DNA from: an uncultured delta proteobacterium
Lineage (GTDB): Bacteria; Myxococcota_A; Polyangia; Polyangiales; Polyangiaceae
DNA length: 64,000 nucleotides
Reading direction: 5' to 3'
Assembly: GCA_963841435.1 (NCBI GenBank)
Contig: CAWJCS010000002.1
Coordinates: forward strand, 352,001-416,000
The notes beneath the pieces are model-generated. The model did not search any database. It had not been told where the DNA came from and saw nothing but the letters and a program-made list of their open reading frames with translations. Both the position numbers and the translations under genes were made by a program. Shown one piece after another: positions 50,726 to 60,174 of this stretch (the first letter of the stretch is position 1; the number at the start of each line of letters is the position of its first letter).

Positions 50726-51484
50726 ATGAAAAAGTCTCCCCTCCTCATCGCTCTGGCTTTTGCGGTCGCCGCGGGCGCCGTGGGCCATCTGTACCTGGCC
50801 CGGCTCGAAGCGGAGGTTTCGGGCGGTCCCAAAGTGTCGCTCCTGGTCGCGGCGGAGGAAGTTCCGCTCGGCTCCACCCTCTCGGAGAAAGCGCTCGCGG
50901 TGCGTGACGTGCCGGAGGCGTACGTGGATGCCCGCCAGATCCACGCGAGCGACTCGAAGAAGATCCTCGGCGCCCGGGTTTCGACGGCGCTCGGCGCCAA
51001 CGACGCGATCCTCTGGAGCGACGTTGCGGGGGCAAGCACCACACGAGCGCTCTCGACGCTCGTCGAGCGCGGAATGCGTGCCGTAGCGATCGAAGCTCGC
51101 GCCGGCAGCTTCGACGGCCTGCTCAGACCGGGCGACCGCGTCAACGTGCTGTTCACGGCGAGCTCCGGGAGCGAGCCGGGCGCGACCTCCACGCTGTTGC
51201 AGAACCTGCTCGTTTTGTCGGTGGGCGGCAGCGTCGCCAAGACCAGCGAGGGCGGGGCTCGCGCTCCAGGCGCTCAGCGCGGGGGCTCCGTGACGCTCTC
51301 GGCCAGCGTCACCGACGCGCAGCTCATCACGCAGGCCAGGGAGCACGGCCGGTTGTCGCTCACGCTGCGTAACGCCGACGACATCGCGCTTGCGACGGGG
51401 GTCGCGGAGACGACGGCGCAGGATCTCCGGCAGGCGACGGTCGGCGGTGGCGTGGAGCAACGTGCAAAAGGAGGCCGTCCGTGA
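50726..51484 (+). CDS. cpaB: Flp pilus assembly protein CpaB/RcpC
   Basis: TM, SAF-like LLVAAEEVPLG, GMRAVAI, GLLRPGDRVNV, LLQNLLVL, GRLSLTLRN. Confidence 0.92.
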   Translation: MKKSPLLIALAFAVAAGAVGHLYLARLEAEVSGGPKVSLLVAAEEVPLGSTLSEKALAVRDVPEAYVDARQIHASDSKKILGARVSTALGANDAILWSDVAGASTTRALSTLVERGMRAVAIEARAGSFDGLLRPGDRVNVLFTASSGSEPGATSTLLQNLLVLSVGGSVAKTSEGGARAPGAQRGGSVTLSASVTDAQLITQAREHGRLSLTLRNADDIALATGVAETTAQDLRQATVGGGVEQRAKGGRP

Positions 51485-52683
51485 GGGGGCGCTTCCCACC
51501 GAGCTCGGGGCGAGCGTCCCGCCTCGCGTCGCTGGCGCTCGCGCTTTCCTGTTCGGTCTCGAGCGCGGCGCTGGCGCAAGGTCCGACCCCGCCGAAGCCG
51601 GCGGCGAGCGATGCCGCGGCTGCGCCTTTCGACATCATCGAGCTGTCCGTCGGCGAGCAGACCACGATGCCGACACAGAACGTGAAGAGCTTCTCCGAGG
51701 GAGTCCGCGGGATCATCGACGTGCGCATGACGAAGGACGCCAACGAGTTCGTGATCGTCGCGCTCGCCCCCGGCACGACGACCCTCCTGCTCCTCATGAT
51801 GGACGGGGCGGAGCGCTACTACCGGATCGAAGTCACCGACCCGAACGGACCGAAGAAGAAGGCGAAAGCCCAGGGGAGCGTCGAGGCGCGCGACAACATC
51901 CGACTCGATTTCTACTTCGTGCAGCTACAAAAAAGCTACGGCCACCAGCTCGGCTTCGGCTGGCCCTCCTCCGTCGCACCGACGTTCTCCGCTTCCTACG
52001 ATCTGAAAGAGAACGTGCTCTCGAGCGCTACGGCGGTGATCTCCGACCAGGCGCTGCCCCGCCTCGACATCGGCCAGACCTCGGGCTGGGCCAAGGTGAT
52101 GCGCCAAGCGGCCGTGGTGACGGCCAACGGCGAGAAGGCGACGTTCACGACCGGCGGAGAGGTCAACGTCCCGATCCAGACCGCGCTCACCTCGGGAGTC
52201 GAAAAGATCTCTTTCGGCTCCGCGATCGGGGTCGAGCCGGCCTACGACGCGAGCACGGGGCGTGTCGAGCTTCGACTTCACGCGGACATCTCCGAGCTCG
52301 ACAACGACCACGGCACGGGCATCCCGGGCCGTGTGACCTCGGGGCTCGACACCGTCGTCAACCTCGAGCTGGGCCAGTCGTTGATCCTCGGTGGCCTGAG
52401 CGCACGCAGCGAGCGTCACTCCAAGACGGGGCTGCCCGGGCTCTCGCAGATTCCACTGCTCGGCGTGTTCTTCGGCACCAACAGCAGCGCCGAGGAGTCG
52501 GTCGAAAACGTCGTGGTGATCGTCCCCTCCGTCGTCGATTCGGTCTCGATGCAGTCGAAGGCTCGCCTCGACGAGGCTCTCGCGGCATTCCAGGATTTTT
52601 CGGGCGACATCGACGCCGTGCACCTCGTTCCTCGCGCGCCGCGCACCGCGCCGGCTACGCCGGCTGCGCCGAGGCGACCATGA
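51481..52683 (+). CDS. cpaC: Tad secretin (CpaC/RcpA-like)
   Basis: Signal peptide; ELSVGEQ...ALAPGTTTL N-domain; GEKATFTTGGE, LGQSLILGGL, GLPGLSQIPLLGVFF. Confidence 0.88.
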   Translation: MRGRFPPSSGRASRLASLALALSCSVSSAALAQGPTPPKPAASDAAAAPFDIIELSVGEQTTMPTQNVKSFSEGVRGIIDVRMTKDANEFVIVALAPGTTTLLLLMMDGAERYYRIEVTDPNGPKKKAKAQGSVEARDNIRLDFYFVQLQKSYGHQLGFGWPSSVAPTFSASYDLKENVLSSATAVISDQALPRLDIGQTSGWAKVMRQAAVVTANGEKATFTTGGEVNVPIQTALTSGVEKISFGSAIGVEPAYDASTGRVELRLHADISELDNDHGTGIPGRVTSGLDTVVNLELGQSLILGGLSARSERHSKTGLPGLSQIPLLGVFFGTNSSAEESVENVVVIVPSVVDSVSMQSKARLDEALAAFQDFSGDIDAVHLVPRAPRTAPATPAAPRRP

Positions 52684-54320
52684 GCGTGGTTCAGCTCCGC
52701 ATCACGGGCCCCGACGGACCGGCCGGGCTCGAGATCCATCAGCAGGGGCGAGTGTGGATCGGTCGCGGCGAAGACTGCGCGATCCGGCTCGGATGGCTGA
52801 ACGTATCCCGGCACCACGCCTCTATCGAGCTCTCGGGGGCCGACGTTATCGTCACGGACAACTCGGCCAACGGCTCGCTGGTCAACGGGGTTTGCCTGCG
52901 CGGCAGCTCGCACCGCCTTTCGCACGGTCGTGGAACGGTCTTGATCGGGCCGTATCGCATCGACATCGCGCGAGCGGAGCACGCTTTCCGTTCTTCCCCG
53001 AAGCCCGACGAGCGCTTGCCTTCGCCGCGCGAGGCCGAACCCGGCGCCACGCCGGCGCCAAAACCGAGCGTCGAAGCACGCCGCGCGATCCGCCGCCAGC
53101 TGCTCGAGCACCTCGATCTCGCCGGTGTCGGACGGCAGGCCATCGACCCCGACACGATGCGCCCCAAAGTCGTCGCGGCCCTCCGGCGGATCCTGGCGGA
53201 GTCGCCGGACGTGGTGCCCGCGGGTGAGGCGCGCGAAGCGCTGGTCGGCGAGCTCGCGGACGAGGCGCTGGGGCTCGGTCCACTCGAGCGGCTGCTCGCC
53301 GACGAAGGCATCAGCGAAATCATGGTCGTCGACCCCCACACCATCTTCGTCGAGCGCAAGGGGCGCCTCGAGCTCACGACACTCTCGTTCACCGACCAGG
53401 AAGCGGTGCGCGCCGTGATCGAGCGTATCGTGACGCCTCTCGGACGGCGGATCGACGAGTCGACGCCGCTCGTCGACGCGCGCCTCAGGGATGGATCGCG
53501 CGTGAACGCCGTCATCCCACCGCTCGCTCTGCGCGGCCCGTGCATCACGATCCGGAAGTTTTCCAAGACGCCTCTCGCCATGAGCGACCTCGTCCGACTG
53601 GGGTCGATGTCACCCGAGATGGCGGAATTTCTGGAGCGCTCGGTCAAGGTGAAGAAGAACATCGTGATTTCCGGGGGAACCGGCAGCGGCAAGACCACGC
53701 TGCTCAACGTGCTCTCGGGCGCCATCCCGGCGCGGGAGCGCGTCGTCACCGTGGAGGACGCAGCGGAGCTGAGGCTCATGCAGCCGCACGTCGTGGCTCT
53801 CGAAGCACGGCCGCCGAACCTCGAGGGCAAGGGCGAGTATTCGATCCGCGATTTGGTCAAGAACGCGCTTCGCATGCGGCCCGACCGCATCGTGGTGGGC
53901 GAGTGCCGAGGCGGTGAGGCCATCGACATGTTGCAGGCGATGAACACGGGGCACGACGGCTCGCTCACCACGACCCACGCCAACAGCCCGCGCGAAGCCG
54001 TCGCGCGTATCGAGACCTTGTGCCTGATGGCCGGGCTCGACCTGCCGGTGCGCGCCGTACGCGGGCAGATCGCCGCGAGCGTGCACCTGATCGTGCAGCA
54101 GACACGCTTTTCGGACGGAGCGCGCCGCGTCTCGAGCATCGCCGAGGTCTCGGGCATCGACGACCGCGGCGAGGTGGAGCTCAGGGAAATCTACCGTTTC
54201 GCGATGCGTCGAGCGGACGCCGCCTCGAGCGAGGGCGAGTTCCTCGCCACCGGGTTCTTGCCGACCTTCCTCGACCAATTCGCGGTGCACGGCTTCCTCG
54301 ATACCGGGAGCGCACCGTGA
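52680..54320 (+). CDS. cpaF: CpaF/TadA ATPase with N-terminal FHA domain
   Basis: FHA IGR...VSRHHA...SANGS; GLGPLERLL, GGTGSGKTT, RMRPDRIVVGECRG, TGHDGSLTTTHAN. Confidence 0.95.
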   Translation: MSVVQLRITGPDGPAGLEIHQQGRVWIGRGEDCAIRLGWLNVSRHHASIELSGADVIVTDNSANGSLVNGVCLRGSSHRLSHGRGTVLIGPYRIDIARAEHAFRSSPKPDERLPSPREAEPGATPAPKPSVEARRAIRRQLLEHLDLAGVGRQAIDPDTMRPKVVAALRRILAESPDVVPAGEAREALVGELADEALGLGPLERLLADEGISEIMVVDPHTIFVERKGRLELTTLSFTDQEAVRAVIERIVTPLGRRIDESTPLVDARLRDGSRVNAVIPPLALRGPCITIRKFSKTPLAMSDLVRLGSMSPEMAEFLERSVKVKKNIVISGGTGSGKTTLLNVLSGAIPARERVVTVEDAAELRLMQPHVVALEARPPNLEGKGEYSIRDLVKNALRMRPDRIVVGECRGGEAIDMLQAMNTGHDGSLTTTHANSPREAVARIETLCLMAGLDLPVRAVRGQIAASVHLIVQQTRFSDGARRVSSIAEVSGIDDRGEVELREIYRFAMRRADAASSEGEFLATGFLPTFLDQFAVHGFLDTGSAP

Positions 54321-55177
54321 GCCCGAGCACCTTCTGGCTGGGGCGCGGGGCGCTCGGGGCGGCGTTGTTTGCGCTTTTCATCGCCGGCTGGTCGGAGCTC
54401 GGGCGGCCGGGCGGCTCGCTGCGTGCCCCGCTCGAGCGCTACGCGCGGGCTCTCGATGCCCGCTTGCGCTTTCTGCGGATGACGCCATGCGGACGCGTCA
54501 TCGTGCGGGCCCAGGTGCTCGGCGTCGGGCTGGCGGCGGCGGTACCGTTGCTCGGCGGCCACGCCGTCGTGCTCGGTTTGCTGCCGCTCGTCGTGTTCGG
54601 GCCGAAGGCGTTCGTCGAGCGACGGGCGGCGCGCCGCACCGCAGCCGTCGACGCTCAGCTCGAGCAGTGGCTCGGGGCGGTGGCCAACGCTCTCAAGGCG
54701 AGCCTCTCGCTCGGCGAAGCCATCGCGTTGACGAGCCGCCTCGTCCCGCCGCCGATGAATCAGGAGATAGACCTTTTGGTACGCGAGTACGAGCTCGGCA
54801 CGCCGCTCGACGAGGCGCTGCAGCGCTTCGCGGAGCGCGTTCCCTCGAAAACGGTGGCGGGCGCGGTGCTGGCGTTGAAGGTGGCCCGCAACACGGGCGG
54901 CAATCTGCCCGAGATGCTCGAGAGCGCGGGCGTGGCACTCAGGGAGCTCGCGCGGCTGGAAGGCGTCGTTCGTTCGAAGACCGCGGAAGGCAAGGCGCAG
55001 GCCTGGGTCGTGAGCGCGATCCCCGTACCGCTGGTTCTCGGGATCTCGAGCATCGATCCACACTTCTTCGATCCGCTCTCGCGGACGTTCGTCGGAAGCG
55101 TCGTCATCCTGGCCGCGACGGCGCTTTGGGTGACCGCAATCCTGATGGCGCGCAAGATCCTCGCGGTGGACGTGTGA
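54317..55177 (+). CDS. tadB: TadB-like inner-membrane platform protein
   Basis: NALKASLSLGEAI, TGGNLPEML, KTAEGKAQAW. Confidence 0.9.
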   Translation: MSPSTFWLGRGALGAALFALFIAGWSELGRPGGSLRAPLERYARALDARLRFLRMTPCGRVIVRAQVLGVGLAAAVPLLGGHAVVLGLLPLVVFGPKAFVERRAARRTAAVDAQLEQWLGAVANALKASLSLGEAIALTSRLVPPPMNQEIDLLVREYELGTPLDEALQRFAERVPSKTVAGAVLALKVARNTGGNLPEMLESAGVALRELARLEGVVRSKTAEGKAQAWVVSAIPVPLVLGISSIDPHFFDPLSRTFVGSVVILAATALWVTAILMARKILAVDV

Positions 55178-55178
55178 G

Positions 55179-56093
55179 GTGAGCGTGACGATCACGTTGA
55201 CCGAGCTTCGCATCCTGTTCGTGGCCCTCGCCGCCGGCAGCGTCGTTTCGCCCGTCTACCTGCTCGCGCGCAGCCGGCTGCCGCCGCCGCCGCGTTTCGG
55301 CAGGCGCGGGGCCGCACGTGAGCGTGCTCGCCGGACCAGCGCGTCTTTTTCGCTGGCTGACCCGGCGCTGAGGTTCGCGGCCGGCCTGCTCTCCAAGCTG
55401 CCGATCCCCCGGCTCGAAGCGGCGCTCGAGACCGAGCTCCGGCGCGCGGACTACCCGCTCGGCCTCACGGCGCACGAGTACGCGGCCCTCTCTCTGTTCT
55501 CGGCGGTGCTGCTCGGCGGGCTGACACTCGGCCTCGCGCTGACGATGGGAAGCTCGCCCGCGGTCGCCGTGCCCGCGGTGGCCTTCGGCCTGCTCCTGCC
55601 CAAGCTTCAGATCCAGGAAATCACTCGCGCCCGGGTGAAGGAGATCACGCGCGGGCTACCCCACGCGATCGAGATCGCGGCGCTCTGCATGGGGGCCGGA
55701 GCGGACTTTCCGGGCGCTCTTCGCCTGCTCGTGGGCGCCGACGACGACGCGACGCGCGGCGCGCTCAACCGAGAGCTGTCGCTCATCCTCGAGGAGCTCG
55801 AGCTCGGTCACACGCGACGCGAAGCACTGCTCGACTTCGCGGAGCGCGTCCCGACGCCCGCGGTACGCGACTTCGTCAGCGCAGTGATTCAGGCGGAGGA
55901 GAAGGGCAACCCGCTCGCCAAAGTGATCCAGATCCAGGGGCGCATGCTCAACCAGCGTCGCAGCGTCGCAGCCGAAGAAGCCGCTGCTCGCGCCGGGGTG
56001 CTGATGATCGCGCCGCTCATGCTCTTGCTCGTCGCCATCCTCCTCATCTTGATGGGGCCATTCATCGCGACCTCCGGAGGGCTATCACCGTGA
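55179..56093 (+). CDS. tadC: TadC-like inner-membrane platform protein
   Basis: LPHAIEIAALCMGAG, LGHTRREAL, IQAEEKG, AEEAAARA...PL. Confidence 0.9.
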   Translation: MSVTITLTELRILFVALAAGSVVSPVYLLARSRLPPPPRFGRRGAARERARRTSASFSLADPALRFAAGLLSKLPIPRLEAALETELRRADYPLGLTAHEYAALSLFSAVLLGGLTLGLALTMGSSPAVAVPAVAFGLLLPKLQIQEITRARVKEITRGLPHAIEIAALCMGAGADFPGALRLLVGADDDATRGALNRELSLILEELELGHTRREALLDFAERVPTPAVRDFVSAVIQAEEKGNPLAKVIQIQGRMLNQRRSVAAEEAAARAGVLMIAPLMLLLVAILLILMGPFIATSGGLSP

Positions 56094-56926
56094 CTCATTG
56101 GGTGGACGTTCACAGGCCGGGCGCCGCCGCCGAGCGGTTCGCCCTCGAAGGTACGCTCGTTTTCATCGTCGAGGATGGCGAGGGTAGGCTCGTGCCGCGC
56201 GACGACGCCTCGGGCCGCCCCGGCATCGAGCTGGTTCCGGGAAGCGCCGGCGTGAAAATCGCGGTGCGACGGGGCTTTCCAGGTCGAGCTCGGGCACACG
56301 GCGCGGAGGTGCAGCAAACGCTGCTCGCCTGGGGCGACGATCTGTTCGTGGACGACGTGCGCCTCGCGTTCCTTCAGCGCGCCAAAGGCGGAAGCCGAGT
56401 GTTCGTGCTCGTCGCGACGGTGCTCGCGGGCGCCACGGTGGTCCTCGGCGCGCTCCGCGAACCGAGCGCGCGCGGTAGAGCGAACGATCCGAAGCCACCC
56501 CCGCTCGCCGCGGCCGAAAAGAGCTGCACTGCGTCCGGCGAGGCCGCGGAAGCCCGCGCGCGCGAAGCCGAACGACGCGCGGACGCCAAGCGCGCGCGCT
56601 ATCCATTCGATCCGAGCGACGGCGTGGAGACGCTCCCCCTGCTCGAGGAGGCCGCCTCGTGCTTCCGCGCGGCGGGTCGCATCGAAGACGCGCGGCGCTC
56701 GCGCGCGGCGCTCGACACGTGGCGCGAGCGCCTCGACGGCGACTACGCCTCGCTCAGGCTCGCTCTGCGCGGTGCGTTGGCGGAAAACCGCAGCAACGCA
56801 GCCCTCGAGGCGGTGCGCGATCTGGAGAGCCTCTTGTCCGGGAGGCGCGACGATCCCTACTTCGAGTGGCTGGAAAGCAAGCGCCGTGAGCTCGAGCGGA
56901 CGCTCGCACGCTCGTCGAAGCGCTAG
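56090..56926 (+). CDS. Bitopic protein with degenerate FHA-like N-terminus and helical C-terminal domain
   Basis: GTGA-coupled to tadC; LAWGDDLFVDDVRLAF resembles an FHA C-terminus; one TM. Confidence 0.6.
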   Translation: MTHWVDVHRPGAAAERFALEGTLVFIVEDGEGRLVPRDDASGRPGIELVPGSAGVKIAVRRGFPGRARAHGAEVQQTLLAWGDDLFVDDVRLAFLQRAKGGSRVFVLVATVLAGATVVLGALREPSARGRANDPKPPPLAAAEKSCTASGEAAEARAREAERRADAKRARYPFDPSDGVETLPLLEEAASCFRAAGRIEDARRSRAALDTWRERLDGDYASLRLALRGALAENRSNAALEAVRDLESLLSGRRDDPYFEWLESKRRELERTLARSSKR

Positions 56927-57029
56927 CGGGAGCGCGGCGCGCGGCGGGCAGCGGGCAGCGGGCAGGGCGCGCTCCGCGAGCTCTGGTTTCGTCGAAGCCT
57001 CGGCGGGTACCGCGCGTCGCGTCTCGCGA

Positions 57030-57180
57030 AACGCCCGCGGGGCGCGTCGTGTGCAGCGCCTTCTGCGGAACGCCCGCGGGGCGCGTCGTGCGCAGCGCCT
57101 TCTGCGGAACGCCCGCGGGGCGCGTCGTGCGGAACGCCTTCTGCGGAACGCCCGCGGGGCGCGTCGTGCGGAACGCCCGC
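57030..57180. repeat. 39-bp tandem repeat (~3.8 copies) containing the hairpin CGCCC-GCG-GGGCG, REP-like
   Basis: Units begin at 57030, 57069, 57108 and 57147: AACGCCCGCGGGGCGCGTCGTGCGCAGCGCCTTCTGCGG with minor variants. Confidence 0.9.
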
Positions 57181-57290
57181 AGCGTGCGTCTTGCGCAGCG
57201 CGTCTTGCGCAGCGCGCGCAGCGTGCGGGCGCTCACGCGTTCTCGATGTGGTCCGTGTCTGGGGAGCGTGCGGAGGGGCCGCCGCATGAG

Positions 57291-57319
57291 TTGCTAAATT
57301 ATAAGAACCAGGGTATCAT
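57291..57319 (+). promoter_or_regulatory. Sigma70-like promoter TTGCTA-N17-TATCAT for the transposase gene
   Basis: AT-rich island, 17-bp spacer, ends 15 bp before the ORF. Confidence 0.6.
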
Positions 57320-57334
57320 GTAGCCTTATTCAAG

Positions 57335-58115
57335 TTGGCTCCCGCTCGCCACCGTCGCTACGCAAGCCAACCCCAGCCACGCTCGGGGTCGCGCCAATTA
57401 CTCCTCCCTTTCGAGTCGAGCTGGGGAGGCGCGCGCAAGGGTGCCGGCCGCAAGCCGGGCCCCCACCCGCGCACGCCGCATCGCGCGCGCCCGAAGCACT
57501 ACTTCGGTCACCCCGTGCACGTCACGTTGCGGGCTCGCTTGGGCTCGCTGCGCAGCCAGGCCCTCTTTCCGACGGTGCGCCTCGCCATTTCGCGGGCCAC
57601 ACGCCAGGCGCCGGAGCGCTTTCGCATCATCCACTTCTCGGTGCAGTCCAACCACCTGCACCTGCTCGTCGAGGCTGGCGAGCGGCGCGCCCTCACGGCC
57701 GGCGTGCACGGGCTCGCCATCCGCATCACCCGCTACGTCAACGACCTCTTGATGCGCCGCGGGTCGCTCTGGGCCGACCGGTGGCACGGGCGCGCCCTGA
57801 AAGCACCCCGAGAAGCGCGGAAATGCCCTCGTCTACGTGCTTTCGAATTTTCGGAAGCATGCGTCGCGCTCCGTGCCGGCGGGGGTGGATCCGTGCTCAT
57901 CGGGCGTGTGGTTCCACGGCTGGCACGGTGTCGGTAGAGGGCCCCCGCCGCTTTTCGGGAGAGCGCCGCTCGGACGGCACGGCGAAGAGGTGCCCGTCTC
58001 GCAGCCGCGCACCTGGCTGTTGCGCGAAGGGTTCCTCAAAGCCGGGCGCGTGAGGTTCCACGAGGCCCCGCGAGGCTCCCCTCGCGAAACCCCGAAAGCC
58101 TCCGCTCCGCCCTAA
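57335..58115 (+). mobile_element. REP-associated tyrosine transposase-like (RAYT, Y1 HUH) gene; +1 frameshift near 57822
   Basis: WGGARKGAGRKP, PVHVTLR, FSVQSNHLHLLVEA (HUH), LWADRWH; removing one A gives EARNALVYVLSNFRKH with the catalytic Tyr. Confidence 0.85.
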
Positions 58116-58141
58116 GCAGCAATCGGGAAGCAGCAATCGGG
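58114..58141. repeat. 14-bp tandem duplication AAGCAGCAATCGGG x2 at the transposase stop
   Basis: Read directly at 58114 and 58128. Confidence 0.85.
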
Positions 58142-58383
58142 CGCCGGGGCGCAAACGAGGCCGAGGATTTTTTGAGGCGACCGCCGTCCCTCGCCGAAAC
58201 GCCGCCGTGCCGCGCCGTTCCACCGAAGGTCCGGAAATGGGCGGCGTCAAAGGCCCGCCGCTGCGCACCCTGGCGCTGCATGGGGCGCTGCACGGGTAGG
58301 TCACGAGGGCGCCCTCGGCGCGCTGGGCGGCTTTGCGCGGGAAGAAACCTGCAACGACGCCGGCGTGGGGCCGATGGGAGGGC

Positions 58384-59043
58384 GTGCCTGCGAACGCAAC
58401 CACCCGCTCGCCCCGCGTTCTCCTTGTGGCCACCGCGCTCTTCGCGTGCCTGGTCTGCTCGGCCTGCGGCGCAAGGGGTCCCGAGGATGCCGCCAGCGTG
58501 GGCGCCCACGACGGGGCGCCGAGCGCGACATGGCTCGCCGCGGAAGGCGAGCGGGCGGCGCTCCGCGGCGACACGGTGCGCGCCGAGCAGTACCTCGCCC
58601 TCGCGGTCGAGCGCGGGTACGACGAGCGCCGCGCTCTTCCCCTGCTGCTCTCGGTTTGCATCAGAGGGTCGCGGCTGCGCTCCGCCCTGAACCACGCCGA
58701 GCCCTACCTGCGCGATCACCCCGACGATCAATCGCTCCGCTACCTGGTCGCCACGCTCGACGTGAGCCTCGGCGACGAAGCGGGCGCACGGCGGGAGCTC
58801 GAGGCGCTTTTACGGGGCGACCCTGCCCACGGGGCCGCCCTCTACCTGCTCGGTACCCTGGAGCTCGACCGCGAGCCCGAGCGGGCAGCGGATCTGTTCC
58901 GGAGCTACCTCGAGAAGGAGCCGGACGGTCCGCACGCCGCTGACGTACGCGAACAACTGCGTGACCTCGACCTCGAGCGAGCGCACGCCACGACGCAGCG
59001 AAGCGCGCTCGCGGCGCGGGCAGCCAAGCGGGGCTTCCGATGA
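58384..59043 (+). CDS. TPR lipoprotein (TadD/pilotin-like position)
   Basis: GGGAGG RBS; lipobox CSAC; RAEQYL, TPR-like helices, YLEKEPDGPHA. Confidence 0.75.
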   Translation: MPANATTRSPRVLLVATALFACLVCSACGARGPEDAASVGAHDGAPSATWLAAEGERAALRGDTVRAEQYLALAVERGYDERRALPLLLSVCIRGSRLRSALNHAEPYLRDHPDDQSLRYLVATLDVSLGDEAGARRELEALLRGDPAHGAALYLLGTLELDREPERAADLFRSYLEKEPDGPHAADVREQLRDLDLERAHATTQRSALAARAAKRGFR

Positions 59044-60161
59044 TTCCGACGAGCGTGTACTCGTCGTCGATCCGCACGTTCTTGGCGCCCGTTGCCGAGC
59101 TCCTCGACGACGCGAGCGTCACCGAGATTTTGGTGAACGGGCCGGATAGCGTGTTCGTCGAGCGGAAGGGGCGCCTCGCGCGTACGGAGGTACGGTTTCG
59201 CTCCGCGGATCAGTTGCTCTCGGCGCTCAGGGTCGTCGCGCAGTACGTCGGACGCCCGCTCGACGAGCATCACCCCATCCTGGAAGCGCGCCTGCCCGAT
59301 GGTTCGCGCTTGGAAGCGGTGCTCGCGCCCATCGCCTCACCGGGCCCCTCGCTGTCGATTCGCCGTTTCTCCAAGGACAAGCTCACGTTGGAGCGACTTT
59401 TGGAGCACGGTGCGCTCACGTCGGATGCGACCGAGACGCTGCGCGTGCTCATCGAGTGCAAGCAGAACGTCGTCGTCGCCGGGGGCACCGGGTCGGGGAA
59501 GACGTCGCTTTTGAACGCGCTCTCCTCGCTGATTCCACGCGACGAGCGCGTGATCGTGATCGAGGATGCGCGCGAGCTCGCTCTGCAGCGCGAGCACGTC
59601 GTGCAGCTCGAAACCCGCGCGCCGGACGCTCGCGGGCAAAACGCCGTCACCGTCCGGGATCTGTTCAAGGCGTCGCTCAGGATGCGCCCCGATCGCATCG
59701 TGCTCGGCGAGATCCGGGGGGGCGAGGCACTCGACCTCGTCCAGGCGATGACGAGCGGGCATGGCGGCTGTCTGGCCACCGTTCACGCCACATTTCCCAT
59801 CGACACCTTGAACCGGCTCGAGACGCTCGCCCTGATGGGGGGCGTCGATTTGCCGCTGGCCGCGCTGCGGGCGCAGCTCGCGTCCGCGGTCGACATCGTG
59901 GTTCAGACGGCTCGCTTGCGGGACGGACGGCGCATGGTGACGCACGTGACCGAAGTCGTCGGCACGGACCCGGTGCGGGGCTACCGCATCAAGGATCTCT
60001 TCGTGGCCGTGCCAGGCGAAACTGCGTCGGGGGCCAGCGGACCGATGGAGCTCGTTGCGACGGGTGTGCTGCCCGACTGTCTGCCGATGCTCAGAGCCCA
60101 CGGCGCGGATCTGCCGCGAGCGGTGCTCGACCACGCGCGGCGTGCCCGTGACGCTGCTTGA
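59040..60161 (+). CDS. cpaF: Second, short CpaF/TadA-family ATPase
   Basis: VTEILVNG, GGTGSGKTS, IEDARE, RMRPDRIVLGEIRG, SGHGGCLATVHA. Confidence 0.93.
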   Translation: MIPTSVYSSSIRTFLAPVAELLDDASVTEILVNGPDSVFVERKGRLARTEVRFRSADQLLSALRVVAQYVGRPLDEHHPILEARLPDGSRLEAVLAPIASPGPSLSIRRFSKDKLTLERLLEHGALTSDATETLRVLIECKQNVVVAGGTGSGKTSLLNALSSLIPRDERVIVIEDARELALQREHVVQLETRAPDARGQNAVTVRDLFKASLRMRPDRIVLGEIRGGEALDLVQAMTSGHGGCLATVHATFPIDTLNRLETLALMGGVDLPLAALRAQLASAVDIVVQTARLRDGRRMVTHVTEVVGTDPVRGYRIKDLFVAVPGETASGASGPMELVATGVLPDCLPMLRAHGADLPRAVLDHARRARDAA

Positions 60162-60174
60162 ACGGAGAACCAGG

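Noticed and set aside
57030-57180. Possible CRISPR array or small repeat-protein gene (ORFs 56754, 56772, 57049)
   Set aside because: No unique spacers; the ORFs are just translations of the repeat
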